This document shows positions 30,368 through 40,668 of a DNA stretch of 64,000 nucleotides, piece after piece (the stretch's first letter is position 1; each line of letters begins with the position of its first letter). Below the pieces are notes generated by a model that made no database searches, was not told where the DNA came from, and worked only from the letters and a program-made list of their open reading frames with translations. Position numbers and translations under genes: made by a program. The stretch lies in contig CALSSO010000007.1 of NCBI GenBank assembly GCA_943789035.1, positions 109,319-173,318 on the forward strand, written 5' to 3'. The DNA is from an uncultured Flavobacteriaceae bacterium (lineage in GTDB: Bacteria > Bacteroidota > Bacteroidia > Flavobacteriales > Flavobacteriaceae).

Positions 30368-31105
30368 ATGATGACCCTTATCAAATTTATCAGTCTCGCC
30401 ATTGTAAGTCTTGCCTTAAACGCTTGCCAATTTAACTCCTTTCCATTCAATAAAGGGGTGCGTGGCAACGGCGTTGTAGTATCCGAACAACGCTCCTTTA
30501 ATGATGAATCCTTTAACAGTATCGAAGTAAGTAATGGAATCGATCTTTTCCTTACACAAAGTGAAAGTCCTAGTATTTTAGTTCAAGCAGATGAAAACAT
30601 TCAAGAGTTAATTATTACTAAAATTGAAAACGGAACTCTTAAAATTTATATGGATAAAAATTCCCACAATGTTGCCTCCAAAAAAGTAATTGTCAATTTT
30701 ATCACTATAAAAAAATTAAAAGCTTCAAGTGGTAGCGAAGTTTTTAGTACCAACACACTAAAAGTTCCCCGTCTTGATTTGAGCACTTCGAGTGGAAGCG
30801 AAATTGAACTCTCTATTGAAACCACATATATTACAAGCAGCAGTTCAAGCGGCAGTATTTTAAACTTAGAAGGAAAAACTAAAGAATTCGTGGGAAATGC
30901 TTCCAGTGGGAGTCAATTAAATGCTTCAAAATTAACAGCTCAATTCTGCGAAGTAAAAGCGTCGAGCGGTGCTGATTTATCCGTAAAATGCTCAGAAGAG
31001 TTTGATGCAAATGCTTCTAGCGGTGGAAACATTGAAAATCACGAAACTTCCCTAAAAACATCTGTTAAATCTTCATCTGGAGGACATATAAACACTAAAA
31101 ACTAA
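30368..31105 (+). CDS. DUF2807 (head GIN / Toastrack-like beta-solenoid) lipoprotein
   Basis: Lipobox LNAC; GVRGNG; repeated ASSGS units. Confidence 0.85.
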   Translation: MMTLIKFISLAIVSLALNACQFNSFPFNKGVRGNGVVVSEQRSFNDESFNSIEVSNGIDLFLTQSESPSILVQADENIQELIITKIENGTLKIYMDKNSHNVASKKVIVNFITIKKLKASSGSEVFSTNTLKVPRLDLSTSSGSEIELSIETTYITSSSSSGSILNLEGKTKEFVGNASSGSQLNASKLTAQFCEVKASSGADLSVKCSEEFDANASSGGNIENHETSLKTSVKSSSGGHINTKN

Positions 31106-31110
31106 AGCCT

Positions 31111-31338
31111 ATGGAATCACAGTATTCAAAAGTTTATTCTGGTAGCTTCATTGTAGTACAATTAATTACACAAAACCTAGAAAAAGAAGGCATCACACCC
31201 ATTGTTAAAGATGAAACAGAGTCTGCACGACTGGCTGGTTTTGGAACTCCAACTTATGGATTTCAAGAACTGTATGTACACGCAAGTGAAAAGAGTAAAG
31301 CAGAAGCCATCATTGCCACCACATTAGCAGAATTTTAA
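31111..31338 (+). CDS. DUF2007-like small protein
   Basis: LEKEGITPIVKDETESARLAGFG...ELYV. Confidence 0.7.
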   Translation: MESQYSKVYSGSFIVVQLITQNLEKEGITPIVKDETESARLAGFGTPTYGFQELYVHASEKSKAEAIIATTLAEF

Positions 31339-31400
31339 ATTAATAGTTTCATATTGTTCTAAAGATTGTATTTTAGTAAATCCAAATAAAATTACTTAAA

Positions 31401-32888
31401 ATGAAAAAACATCTTTTTTACATCAGCTTAGTTTCTCTATTTGTAGGCTCCAGTCAATCGATTGAAATTCCTGTAGATACAATTGTTACAACCACCCACT
31501 CCACTACTGTCAAAGGAATCAAATTTGATTATACTGCGGAAACTGGGATGCAACCTGTTTGGGATAAAGAGGGCCTACCGATCGCTAGTTTATTTTACAC
31601 CTATTACACGCGAAATAATATAAAAAACAGAGCTACACGCCCCTTAATCATTTCCTTTAATGGAGGGCCAGGGTCAGCCTCCGTTTGGATGCATGTTGCT
31701 TATACAGGTCCTCGTATTTTAAATGTAGATTCTGAAGGCTACCCAGTTCAACCCTATGGATTTAAAAACAATCCAAACTCGATTTTAGACGAAGCCGATA
31801 TTGTTTTTGTCAACCCTGTAAATACGGGATATTCCAGAATGCTCCCAAATAAAGAAGGAGAAATGCCCGATCGAGAACAGTTTTTTGGAATTAATGAAGA
31901 CATTAAATATTTAGCAGAATGGATCAACACATTTGTAAGTCGAAAAAACAGATGGGAATCTCCTAAATACATCATTGGTGAAAGTTATGGCGGCACCCGT
32001 GTGATGGGCTTGTCTTTGGAACTTCAACAAAATCAATGGATGTATCTAAATGGTGTGATTTTGGTGTCCCCGGCAGATTATAAAGTCTTACGTGTTGGAG
32101 GCCCCGTTTCATCCGCATTGAACCTCCCCTATTATACTGCAACTGCTTGGTATCACAACAAATTACCTGAAGCACTTCAGTCCAAAGATTTATTGGAGAT
32201 TCTTCCAGAGTCTGAAGCTTACGCCATTGACACACTCATTCCTGCATTGGCAAAAGGAGGATTTATTGATGCCGATGAAAAAATGGCAGTCAGTGAAAAA
32301 ATGGCCTATTATTCTGGCTTGAGTCAAAAGGTCATTTTACAACACAACTTAGATGTACCAAATTCATTTTTTTGGAAAGAATTACTTCGTGATGATACAG
32401 GACAAACTATTGGTCGATTAGACTCTCGCTATCTAGGAATAGACAAAAAAGAATCTGGAGACAGACCTGATTATAGTGCAGAACTTACCTCTTGGTTGCA
32501 CTCATTTACACCTGCCATCAATCACTATATTAAAAGTGAATTAAAATTTAAAACGGATTTAAAATACAATATGTTTGGATCTGTTCGTCCATGGAATAAC
32601 GATGATGACAATACGCGTGACAACCTTCGATTGGCAATGGCACAAAACCCGTATCTAAAAGTGTTAAATCAATCAGGATATTACGACGGAGCAACCACCT
32701 ATTTTAATGCAAAATACACCTTATCACAAATAGATCCGAGTGGAAAAATGAAAGATCGCTTTACGTTTAAAGGGTATCGCAGTGGACATATGATGTATTT
32801 GCGTGACCAAGATTTAATTCAGGCGAATGACGATTTAAGAGCCTTTCTTAAAGAATCGTCCGCAAATGGAAAGGTCGCAAAATACTAA
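31401..32888 (+). CDS. S10 family serine carboxypeptidase
   Basis: FNGGPGSAS, GESYGG and GHMMY motifs. Confidence 0.92.
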   Translation: MKKHLFYISLVSLFVGSSQSIEIPVDTIVTTTHSTTVKGIKFDYTAETGMQPVWDKEGLPIASLFYTYYTRNNIKNRATRPLIISFNGGPGSASVWMHVAYTGPRILNVDSEGYPVQPYGFKNNPNSILDEADIVFVNPVNTGYSRMLPNKEGEMPDREQFFGINEDIKYLAEWINTFVSRKNRWESPKYIIGESYGGTRVMGLSLELQQNQWMYLNGVILVSPADYKVLRVGGPVSSALNLPYYTATAWYHNKLPEALQSKDLLEILPESEAYAIDTLIPALAKGGFIDADEKMAVSEKMAYYSGLSQKVILQHNLDVPNSFFWKELLRDDTGQTIGRLDSRYLGIDKKESGDRPDYSAELTSWLHSFTPAINHYIKSELKFKTDLKYNMFGSVRPWNNDDDNTRDNLRLAMAQNPYLKVLNQSGYYDGATTYFNAKYTLSQIDPSGKMKDRFTFKGYRSGHMMYLRDQDLIQANDDLRAFLKESSANGKVAKY

Positions 32889-33895
32889 TGCAAACACCCC
32901 TTATAAGCATTCTGATTCCCTTTAAAAACACGGAACTCTATTTAGGCGATTGTATAGATTCTATTGTAAAACAAAGCTATTCAAATTGGGAACTGCTAAT
33001 TGTGGATGATGGTTCTACAGATACAAGTTATGAAGTCGTAAAAAAATACACCAACAATGAGAACAGAATCCACTTGTTTAAAAATGAGGGAGTTGGAATT
33101 ATTGAAGCATTAAGAACGGGCTATAAACACGCTAAAGGCACTTTTGTCACACGAATGGACAGTGACGACGTGATGGCTTCTAATAAACTTGAACAGATGC
33201 AACAATCGTTAGTAACGTATGGCGAAGGGCACTTAGCTCTGGGGCATGTTCGTTACTTTTCAGATGAAGGCATCGGAAATGGCTACAAACGCTACGAAAC
33301 TTGGCTTAATGGATTGACTTCCAAAGGTGCTAATTTTGATGAAATTTATAAAGAGTGTGTCATCCCTTCTCCCTGTTGGATGGTTTACAAAACAGACTTG
33401 GATCGCTGTGGAGGGTTCGTACCAAATACCTATCCAGAAGATTACGATTTAGCATTTCGATTTTATAAACAGGGACTAAAATGCATCGTTTCCAATGAGT
33501 TGTTGCACCATTGGCGCGATTATCCAATTAGAACCTCCAGGGTTGATGCGCATTATGCTGAAAATTCATTCTTAGAATTAAAAGTGAATTATTTTTTAGA
33601 GCTGTCGCATGACAAAGAAAAAACAATCGTGATTTGGGGTGCTGGTACCAAAGGAAAGAAAGTAGCCCAATTACTTATTGAAAAAAATACCCCCTTTGTT
33701 TGGGTTTGTGATAACCCTAAAAAAATAGGAAAGGACATTTATAATCAAACCCTAAAACCGTTTGAATACCTGAACAAACTCATAAGTTACCAAAGCATTA
33801 TTACCGTTGCAAATCAAGACGCACAAATAGAAATCAAGCATTATTTCAACATTCACAAAAAGACTGCGATGAAGGATTATTTCTTCTTCTGTTAA
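32888..33895 (+). CDS. GT2 glycosyltransferase with C-terminal Rossmann-like domain
   Basis: VDDGSTD, RMDSDD and EDYDL motifs; C-terminal IVIWGAGTKG. Confidence 0.88.
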   Translation: MQTPLISILIPFKNTELYLGDCIDSIVKQSYSNWELLIVDDGSTDTSYEVVKKYTNNENRIHLFKNEGVGIIEALRTGYKHAKGTFVTRMDSDDVMASNKLEQMQQSLVTYGEGHLALGHVRYFSDEGIGNGYKRYETWLNGLTSKGANFDEIYKECVIPSPCWMVYKTDLDRCGGFVPNTYPEDYDLAFRFYKQGLKCIVSNELLHHWRDYPIRTSRVDAHYAENSFLELKVNYFLELSHDKEKTIVIWGAGTKGKKVAQLLIEKNTPFVWVCDNPKKIGKDIYNQTLKPFEYLNKLISYQSIITVANQDAQIEIKHYFNIHKKTAMKDYFFFC

Positions 33896-33940
33896 TCAAA
33901 TCAAATTTTAGTTTTTATATTTGACAACACAATCCATAAG

Positions 33941-35866
33941 ATGCAGTTTTTACACCCAGAATTTTTTTACGCACTTCCAGCACTGCTCATTCCTATTTTA
34001 ATTCATTTATTTCAACTCAGACGTTTTAAAGTTCAAGCGTTTACAAATGTAGCCTTATTACAAAAAATACGCTTTCAAACCAGAAAGAGTTCGCAACTGA
34101 AAAAATGGCTCATCCTATTGATACGACTCTTATTAATTGCAAGTATTATTACAGCGTTTACTCAGCCCTTTCTATCCAATCAATCGGCTCAAAAAAACAC
34201 TTCTGAAACCGTTATTTATTTAGACAATTCCTTCAGCATGCAGGCAATTGGCTCTAAGGGTTCTCTATTAAATCGAGCCGTTCAAGATGTCATTACTGGG
34301 TTTGATGCGACTGAAAAAATTGGAGTTTTTACCAATTCTCAAAGTTACAAATCAACTTCTCTTAAAGATTTAAAAACAGAGTTACTATCTCTGAAATACA
34401 GTCAAAATCAGTTGGACTTAAATACGGTAATTCTAAAAGGAACTTCCTTGTTCTCAGATTCCAAAACAAGTTCAAAAACACTTATTATAGTCTCTGATTT
34501 TCAACAACAAGAAGACGAAACCCTATCGGTTGTGGACACTTCTATACGCGTCATTTTAGTGCCTTTAAAACCAATTAATACCGCAAACTCTTATATTGAA
34601 TCGGTAGCTTTAGAACCCTCTTTAAATGCTAATTATTCCTTGAATGTCAGTGGCAAAACAAACCGCACAACAGACGATCCCATCTCTGTAACTTTATACC
34701 AAGACCAGACAGTTATTGGAAAATCTATTTTAGAAAAATCCAAGGGTTACAAAACAACTTTTGTGCTTCCAAACACCTTAGAGTTTGCCGGTAAGCTTTC
34801 TATCGAAGACACTCAAATAACTTACGATGACACCTTTTATTTTAACATCCCAAAAGCCGAAAAAATAGGGGTTTTAGCAATTCACGAGAATAAAAATTCT
34901 ACGTATTTAAAGAAACTCTATGCAGGGGAAGAATTTATATTTCAAAGTCAAAATTATAAAACTCTTGATTACAGTCAAATTAAATCCCAAAATCTTATTG
35001 TCTTAAATGGATTAACTGAGATTTCATTGGTTTTAAAAAACAGCCTCGAAACGTTTATGGAAAATGGAGGTGTGGTTGTTATGATTCCTTCAAAAAATGG
35101 GGATTTAAAATCTTATAATCAATTTTTAGCATTACAAACAAAGTACAGACTTAAACCGCTGCAAACTCAAGAAAAACGCATCACTAACATTGCGTTCAAG
35201 CATCCTATTTTAAAAGATGTTTTTGAGGAACAAGTCACTAACTTTCAATATCCAAAGGTTCAATATTATTACCCACTCACAACCTCAACAAACAGTGTAT
35301 TATCGTTTGAAGACCAACAGCCTTTTTTAATTCAGTTTAAAGCATTATTTCTATTTACTGCGGCGGTAGAACCCGAAGCTTCTAACTTTGTAAATTCGCC
35401 ATTAATCGTTCCAACATTCTATAACATTGGAAAATCGAGTTTAAAAACACCTCCTCTAAACTATTGGATTGGGGCTGAAAATAAATTTGATATTAAAATA
35501 AATTTGCAAAAAGACCGTATTTTAAAATTAGCCAACAAAACCCGTCAATTTATTCCATTTCAAACAAACTTTAACAATAAAGTAAGCATCACAACAAAAG
35601 ACCATCCGAAGGAATCTGGTCACTTTTCAATCTTAAAAGATACAGATACCTTAACCCTTGTGAGCTATAACTATAATCGAAATGAAAGCCAGTTGAACTA
35701 TGCCAATCTTGCAAAAATTAAAGGGGTTTCGATTGAAAATTCTTTGGACACTACACTTAAAAATATAAAAATTGAGGCGAATGTGACTTGGTTGTGGAAA
35801 TGGTTTGTTATTTTTGCACTAATATTATTAGCTTTTGAAATGCTCATCTTAAAATATTTTAAATGA
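33941..35866 (+). CDS. BatA-domain / vWA-like membrane-anchored protein
   Basis: N-terminal LIPILIHL...FTNVALL; DNSFSM MIDAS-like motif; VSDFQ; C-terminal LWKWF...E TM. Confidence 0.85.
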   Translation: MQFLHPEFFYALPALLIPILIHLFQLRRFKVQAFTNVALLQKIRFQTRKSSQLKKWLILLIRLLLIASIITAFTQPFLSNQSAQKNTSETVIYLDNSFSMQAIGSKGSLLNRAVQDVITGFDATEKIGVFTNSQSYKSTSLKDLKTELLSLKYSQNQLDLNTVILKGTSLFSDSKTSSKTLIIVSDFQQQEDETLSVVDTSIRVILVPLKPINTANSYIESVALEPSLNANYSLNVSGKTNRTTDDPISVTLYQDQTVIGKSILEKSKGYKTTFVLPNTLEFAGKLSIEDTQITYDDTFYFNIPKAEKIGVLAIHENKNSTYLKKLYAGEEFIFQSQNYKTLDYSQIKSQNLIVLNGLTEISLVLKNSLETFMENGGVVVMIPSKNGDLKSYNQFLALQTKYRLKPLQTQEKRITNIAFKHPILKDVFEEQVTNFQYPKVQYYYPLTTSTNSVLSFEDQQPFLIQFKALFLFTAAVEPEASNFVNSPLIVPTFYNIGKSSLKTPPLNYWIGAENKFDIKINLQKDRILKLANKTRQFIPFQTNFNNKVSITTKDHPKESGHFSILKDTDTLTLVSYNYNRNESQLNYANLAKIKGVSIENSLDTTLKNIKIEANVTWLWKWFVIFALILLAFEMLILKYFK

Positions 35867-37119
35867 ACGTACTTATAAAATCAGCTACCATTCTTGATGA
35901 AAAAAGTGATTTCCACAATCAAACTCAAGACATATTAGTTGAAAACGGTTTCATTACTCAAATTGCTAAATCTCTCAAAAATCCAAACAAATATCCTGTA
36001 ATTTCTTTAGAAAACCTCCATGTCTCTAGTGGTTGGTTTGATAGCAGTGTCTCATTTGGAGAGCCCGGTTATGAAGAACGTGAAACAATTGCAAATGGAT
36101 TAGAAGTGGCTGCGGCATCAGGGTTTACAGATATTGCCCTTAACGCAAATACAAACCCCGTGATTGACTCTCACTCCGACATTTCATTTGTAAAATCAAA
36201 AGCAGCGCATTCTGCAACCAGCCTCCACCCTATTGGCGCCCTCACCAAGGGGAGTAAAGGTATAGACCTTGCTGAATTATTTGATATGAAATCTGCTGGA
36301 AGTATTGCATTTGGAGATTATAAAAAATCCATTGAAAATCCAAACCTGCTCAAAATTGCTTTGCAATATACTTCAAGTTTTGACGGCTTAGTTCACTCGT
36401 TTCCACACGAACACAGAGTAGCTAAAAATGGAGTGATGAATGAAAATATCACGAGTACACGAATGGGGCTCAAAGGATTGCCGCCACTGGCAGAAGAGCT
36501 ACAAATTGCACGTGATTTATTTCTCTTAGAATATAGCGAAGGAAAACTCCACATTCCAACAGTTTCGACTGCAAAATCAGTTGCTTTAATTCGCGAAGCA
36601 AAAGCAAAAAAATTAGACGTCAGTTGTAGTGTCGCGATCCACAATTTGATATTTACTGACGAGAGTTTAAATGACTTTGATACCAACTTTAAAGTCAACC
36701 CTCCTTTGCGAACACCAACCGATATACAAGCTCTTATTGCGGGACTTAAAGATGGGACGATAGACATGGTCACTTCCGATCATAACCCAATTGATATTGA
36801 GTACAAAAAAATTGAATTTGATTATGCCAAAAACGGCACTGTTGGACTGGAAAGTGCTTTTGGAGCATTAAATACCTTATTCACAACCAAAAAGGCCGTA
36901 CAATTACTTACAAAAGGAAAAGAACGCTTTGGTTTAAATTCACAGAGTGTCGCCATTGGAAACGCTGCACAGTTGAGTTTATTCAACCCTTCAAAAAAGT
37001 ATGTTTTTGAAGAAAAACACCTGCATTCAAAATCCAAAAACTCACTCTTTTTAGGTTCAAAATTAAAAGGAACGGTTTACGGCATTATTGCTAATAACAC
37101 CACTTCAATACCGCTTTAA
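35863..37119 (+). CDS. Dihydroorotase-like protein, probably catalytically inactive (PyrC'-like)
   Basis: Amidohydrolase-fold motifs EPG, KVNPPLR and SDHNP, but DxHxH is replaced by DSSVS. Confidence 0.82.
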   Translation: MNVLIKSATILDEKSDFHNQTQDILVENGFITQIAKSLKNPNKYPVISLENLHVSSGWFDSSVSFGEPGYEERETIANGLEVAAASGFTDIALNANTNPVIDSHSDISFVKSKAAHSATSLHPIGALTKGSKGIDLAELFDMKSAGSIAFGDYKKSIENPNLLKIALQYTSSFDGLVHSFPHEHRVAKNGVMNENITSTRMGLKGLPPLAEELQIARDLFLLEYSEGKLHIPTVSTAKSVALIREAKAKKLDVSCSVAIHNLIFTDESLNDFDTNFKVNPPLRTPTDIQALIAGLKDGTIDMVTSDHNPIDIEYKKIEFDYAKNGTVGLESAFGALNTLFTTKKAVQLLTKGKERFGLNSQSVAIGNAAQLSLFNPSKKYVFEEKHLHSKSKNSLFLGSKLKGTVYGIIANNTTSIPL

Positions 37120-37452
37120 ATGATCGATAATAACGATATTAAATCTGGAAAAGGTAGCGCAGTTATAAGTTATTTTTATCTCCTAGGAGTTTTGATTGCC
37201 TACTTCACTAATTCAGATAAAAAAAGTCAATTTGCTTATTTTCATATCCGTCAATCCTTAGGGTTATGGCTGTCTTTTATGGCACTAGGCTATCCTATAG
37301 GATACTTTGATAGTTGGCAAATTACGGGTTCATTTTGGATGGCATTTGGAATTCTATTTATCTATGGGTTTTCAACGGCATTATCGGGCAATATGATTCC
37401 TGTTCCCCTAGTTGGAAACCTCTATCAAACGGCTTTTAAAAACATTAAATAA
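37120..37452 (+). CDS. Small membrane protein (DUF4870-like)
   Basis: AVISY...FHIRQSLGL...PVPLVG pattern; 3 TMs. Confidence 0.7.
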   Translation: MIDNNDIKSGKGSAVISYFYLLGVLIAYFTNSDKKSQFAYFHIRQSLGLWLSFMALGYPIGYFDSWQITGSFWMAFGILFIYGFSTALSGNMIPVPLVGNLYQTAFKNIK

Positions 37453-37453
37453 A

Positions 37454-38107
37454 ATGAGTGCTCAGCTTCCGTTAATTCATGTAACCAGACCATCCACACT
37501 CAAAGAAAACGCCCCCTTATTGGTGATGCTTCATGGGTATGGCAGTGATGAAAATGATTTGTTTTCGTTTGCGACTGAACTTCCAGAAGAATTGTTCATC
37601 ATCTCCATTAGAGCTCCTTACCCACTCCAACCGAGTGGAAATGCTTGGTATGCGATTAATTTTGATGCAGAACAAAATAAATGGAATGACAACGATCAGG
37701 CAAAATCTTCAATGAAACTTTTGATGGATTGTATTGACAAAGCTTGTAAACACTATCCTGTCGATCAAAATAATGTGACGCTATTGGGCTTCAGTCAAGG
37801 AACCATTTTAGGAATGGCAACCGCTTTGAATCATCCCACTAAAATTAAAAACATTATTGGCTTAAGTGGTTATGTTAATCATGACATTCTCCCTGATAAT
37901 TTAGAGGAATTAGATTTTTCAAATTTAAATTTCTATTGTTCTCATGGCACTGTCGATCAGGTAATTCCAATCGACTGGGCACGACAAACACCGGTGTTTT
38001 TAAAGTCTTTAAACATCCAACACACCTACAGTGAATTTCCTGTGGGACATGGCGTTGCTCCGCAAAATTTCTATGAGTTAAGAGATTGGATTTCAACTAA
38101 AATTTAG
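37454..38107 (+). CDS. Alpha/beta hydrolase (phospholipase/carboxylesterase)
   Basis: LHGYGS, GFSQG, HGTVDQVI and GH motifs; ATG at 37454. Confidence 0.9.
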   Translation: MSAQLPLIHVTRPSTLKENAPLLVMLHGYGSDENDLFSFATELPEELFIISIRAPYPLQPSGNAWYAINFDAEQNKWNDNDQAKSSMKLLMDCIDKACKHYPVDQNNVTLLGFSQGTILGMATALNHPTKIKNIIGLSGYVNHDILPDNLEELDFSNLNFYCSHGTVDQVIPIDWARQTPVFLKSLNIQHTYSEFPVGHGVAPQNFYELRDWISTKI

Positions 38108-38124
38108 CACTCCTATAACACTGT

Positions 38125-38328
38125 TTATTCAGGAGATAATTCTGTTGCGGTTTCATCAGATTTCTCAAGGTAAATTTCTGATTTTGAAAGCTCTAACACT
38201 TCAATTTTAGATTTAAATTTTTTGATATCTTTTTCATATTTATCAATAATACTTTTAGAGTTCACATACTGGAACACATTGACTAGGATAGAAAACAGAA
38301 ATAAGTAAAGGTATATTTTTCCTTTCAT
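38125..38328 (-). CDS. Small membrane-anchored hypothetical protein (67 aa)
   Basis: MKGKIYLYLFLFSILVNVFQYVNSK; starts 1 nt after the MBL gene stop. Confidence 0.6.
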   Translation of the reverse strand: MKGKIYLYLFLFSILVNVFQYVNSKSIIDKYEKDIKKFKSKIEVLELSKSEIYLEKSDETATELSPE

Positions 38329-38329
38329 T

Positions 38330-39091
38330 TTAGAGAGATATTTGTAGTTGATCGTAAGCGAGATGAACATTTGCAGGCAAACTTTTTTCTAGGTCTTTAT
38401 GAAACCCTAAATGATGACTCAGATGCGTCAAAAAAGCTTTTTTTGGATTTACACGTTTGATAAACGCCAAGGCTTCATCAAGGTTAAAATGAGAGACATG
38501 AGGCTCAATTCGTAAGGCATTAATAACCAAAACGTCTAAGTTTTGTAGTTTTTCAACTTCAGGATCTGAAACTGTTTTTGCATCGGTTATATAGGCAAAG
38601 GCATCCATTCGAAATCCAAAAATAGGCAGTGAATTATGGAGCACATTAATAGGCTGAACTAACGTGGGTCCAACAGTAAAAGGAATATCCGTAATTGGAT
38701 GTGCATTTAAAGTCAGTACACCAGGGTATTTGTTTTCGGTTGCAAAAATATAATCAAAACGTTTATGAAGCGATTTTAAGACCCGTTCATGAGCATACAC
38801 ATCAAGTGCGCCCTGTCTATAAAAAAATGGTCTTAAGTCGTCCAACCCTGCGGTATGATCACTGTGTTCATGAGTAAAAAGAACAGCATCTATCTTAGTG
38901 CAATCGGTACGTAAAAGCTGCTGTCTAAAATCTGGACCACAATCAATTAGGATTGTAAAATCGTCCCACTGAACGAGTGCAGACACTCTAAGACGCTTGT
39001 CTTTAGGGTCTTCACTTAGACATACAGGGTGAGTACTTCCAATAATTGGAATCCCCTGCGAAGTTCCGGTGCCTAAAAATGTAATTCTCAA
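38330..39091 (-). CDS. MBL-fold metallo-hydrolase (PhnP-like)
   Basis: LGTGTSQGIP, THEHSDHTAG, YITD and THLSH motifs. Confidence 0.9.
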   Translation of the reverse strand: MRITFLGTGTSQGIPIIGSTHPVCLSEDPKDKRLRVSALVQWDDFTILIDCGPDFRQQLLRTDCTKIDAVLFTHEHSDHTAGLDDLRPFFYRQGALDVYAHERVLKSLHKRFDYIFATENKYPGVLTLNAHPITDIPFTVGPTLVQPINVLHNSLPIFGFRMDAFAYITDAKTVSDPEVEKLQNLDVLVINALRIEPHVSHFNLDEALAFIKRVNPKKAFLTHLSHHLGFHKDLEKSLPANVHLAYDQLQISL

Positions 39092-39181
39092 TGAATGATT
39101 AATTTCAACAAAAATAGGCTATTTTTTTTGTAAGCTATTCTAAAGTGATACCTTTGTGTGGTAACCCCGTTAATTTTAAAG

Positions 39182-40618
39182 ATGGAAATAACGCTTAAAG
39201 GGGATGCTGTAATTGAAAGCATTCCTTCACTAAAAGACAAAGCTTTAAGAATCAATTTAAATGAAAATATTTACGGAACTTTTGCGGAAATTGGTGCTGG
39301 ACAAGAAACTGTAAGACATTTTTTTAGAGCTGGAGGGGCTTCAGGAACCATTGCAAAAGCCATGTCTGCTTATGACAAATCTTTTAGCGATGCGATCTAT
39401 GGCACTGAACAAGAGAATCGATATGTAACAGAAGATCGATTGAAAAAAATGTTATCTCACGAAGTTAAACTCATTGAAAATCGTCTTTCTCGAGAAGAAT
39501 ATCCAAATAAAATGTTTTTTAGCTACGCGAATACCGTCGCTACTATTGATTTTGCGAAACGTTTTAAAGGACATGGATGGGTTGGAATACGCTATCAAGT
39601 TGATTCCAACCAAAAACAATACAATGAAATTACACTCCATATTCGATTTAAAGAAACAGATGCTCGCTTGCAACAAGAAACACTTGGAAAACTAGGAACC
39701 AACCTCATTTATGGAGCGTTTTACAAATACAATCAACCAAAAAAATTATTGCGTTATTTATACGATCACATTGATAAAGATCAGTTAGAAATTGATACTA
39801 TTAATTTTTCTGGACCTTCTTTTCAGGAGGTAGATAACCGATTGATGAGCTTACAGCTTTTAAAAAACGGAATGACGGATGCGGTTATGTTTGCTCCCGA
39901 TGGAAACAATGTTTTACCGGCACGTGTGTTGTACAAAAAAAATATATTAGCGTTTCGAGGAAGTTTTCGACCGGTGACGAAAGTAAATATGGATATGTAT
40001 GAACAATCCTATCAACTCTTTTTGAGCGAAAACAAAGTTAAAAAAGAAAATACTCAAGTTATATTTGAGATTACCTTATCCAACCTAAGAGCATCTGGAG
40101 GAGAAATTGACGAACAAGACTTTATGGACCGAGCACGCTTGTTGTGTTCTCTCGGACAAACGGTACTCATCTCTAATTTCCAAGAATATTATAAACTTGT
40201 TGAGTACTTTAATCTCTATACCAAAAACCGTATGGGCTTATCCATGGGAATCAATAACTTAATTGATATTTTTGATGAGAAATATTACCGCCACCTAAGT
40301 GGAGGAATTTTGGAAGCCTTTGGAAAACTCTTTAACAAAGATCTCAAAATCTATTTATACCCAATGTTAACGGAAAATAAAACCATGACCACTAGTGAAG
40401 ACTTGAAGGTGCATCCACGTATGAAGGAACTCTACAAATATTTTAAATACAATGGGAAACTCGTTGATATTAAAAATTATGATCCTGAAATTCTGAATAT
40501 TTTCTCAAGGAAAGTTTTAAAAATGATTTCAAATGCGGAACAGGGTTGGGAAGAAATGCTTCCAGAAGGAGTTTCTGATATCATCAAAAAACAAAAATTA
40601 TTTGGGTATGAAGGGTAA
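39182..40618 (+). CDS. Conserved protein with C-terminal nucleotidyltransferase (NadD-like) fold
   Basis: N-terminal FAEIGAGQE; C-terminal RGSFRPVT; ATG at 39182 follows TACCTTTG (39149-39156). Confidence 0.65.
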   Translation: MEITLKGDAVIESIPSLKDKALRINLNENIYGTFAEIGAGQETVRHFFRAGGASGTIAKAMSAYDKSFSDAIYGTEQENRYVTEDRLKKMLSHEVKLIENRLSREEYPNKMFFSYANTVATIDFAKRFKGHGWVGIRYQVDSNQKQYNEITLHIRFKETDARLQQETLGKLGTNLIYGAFYKYNQPKKLLRYLYDHIDKDQLEIDTINFSGPSFQEVDNRLMSLQLLKNGMTDAVMFAPDGNNVLPARVLYKKNILAFRGSFRPVTKVNMDMYEQSYQLFLSENKVKKENTQVIFEITLSNLRASGGEIDEQDFMDRARLLCSLGQTVLISNFQEYYKLVEYFNLYTKNRMGLSMGINNLIDIFDEKYYRHLSGGILEAFGKLFNKDLKIYLYPMLTENKTMTTSEDLKVHPRMKELYKYFKYNGKLVDIKNYDPEILNIFSRKVLKMISNAEQGWEEMLPEGVSDIIKKQKLFGYEG

Positions 40619-40637
40619 TTGTGTCCCATAAACTCAT

Positions 40638-40668
40638 AAAAAAAAGCGACCAACAGGTCGCTTTTTTT
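40638..40668. terminator. Bidirectional intrinsic terminator
   Basis: A8-GCGACC-AACA-GGTCGC-T7 between convergent genes. Confidence 0.88.
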
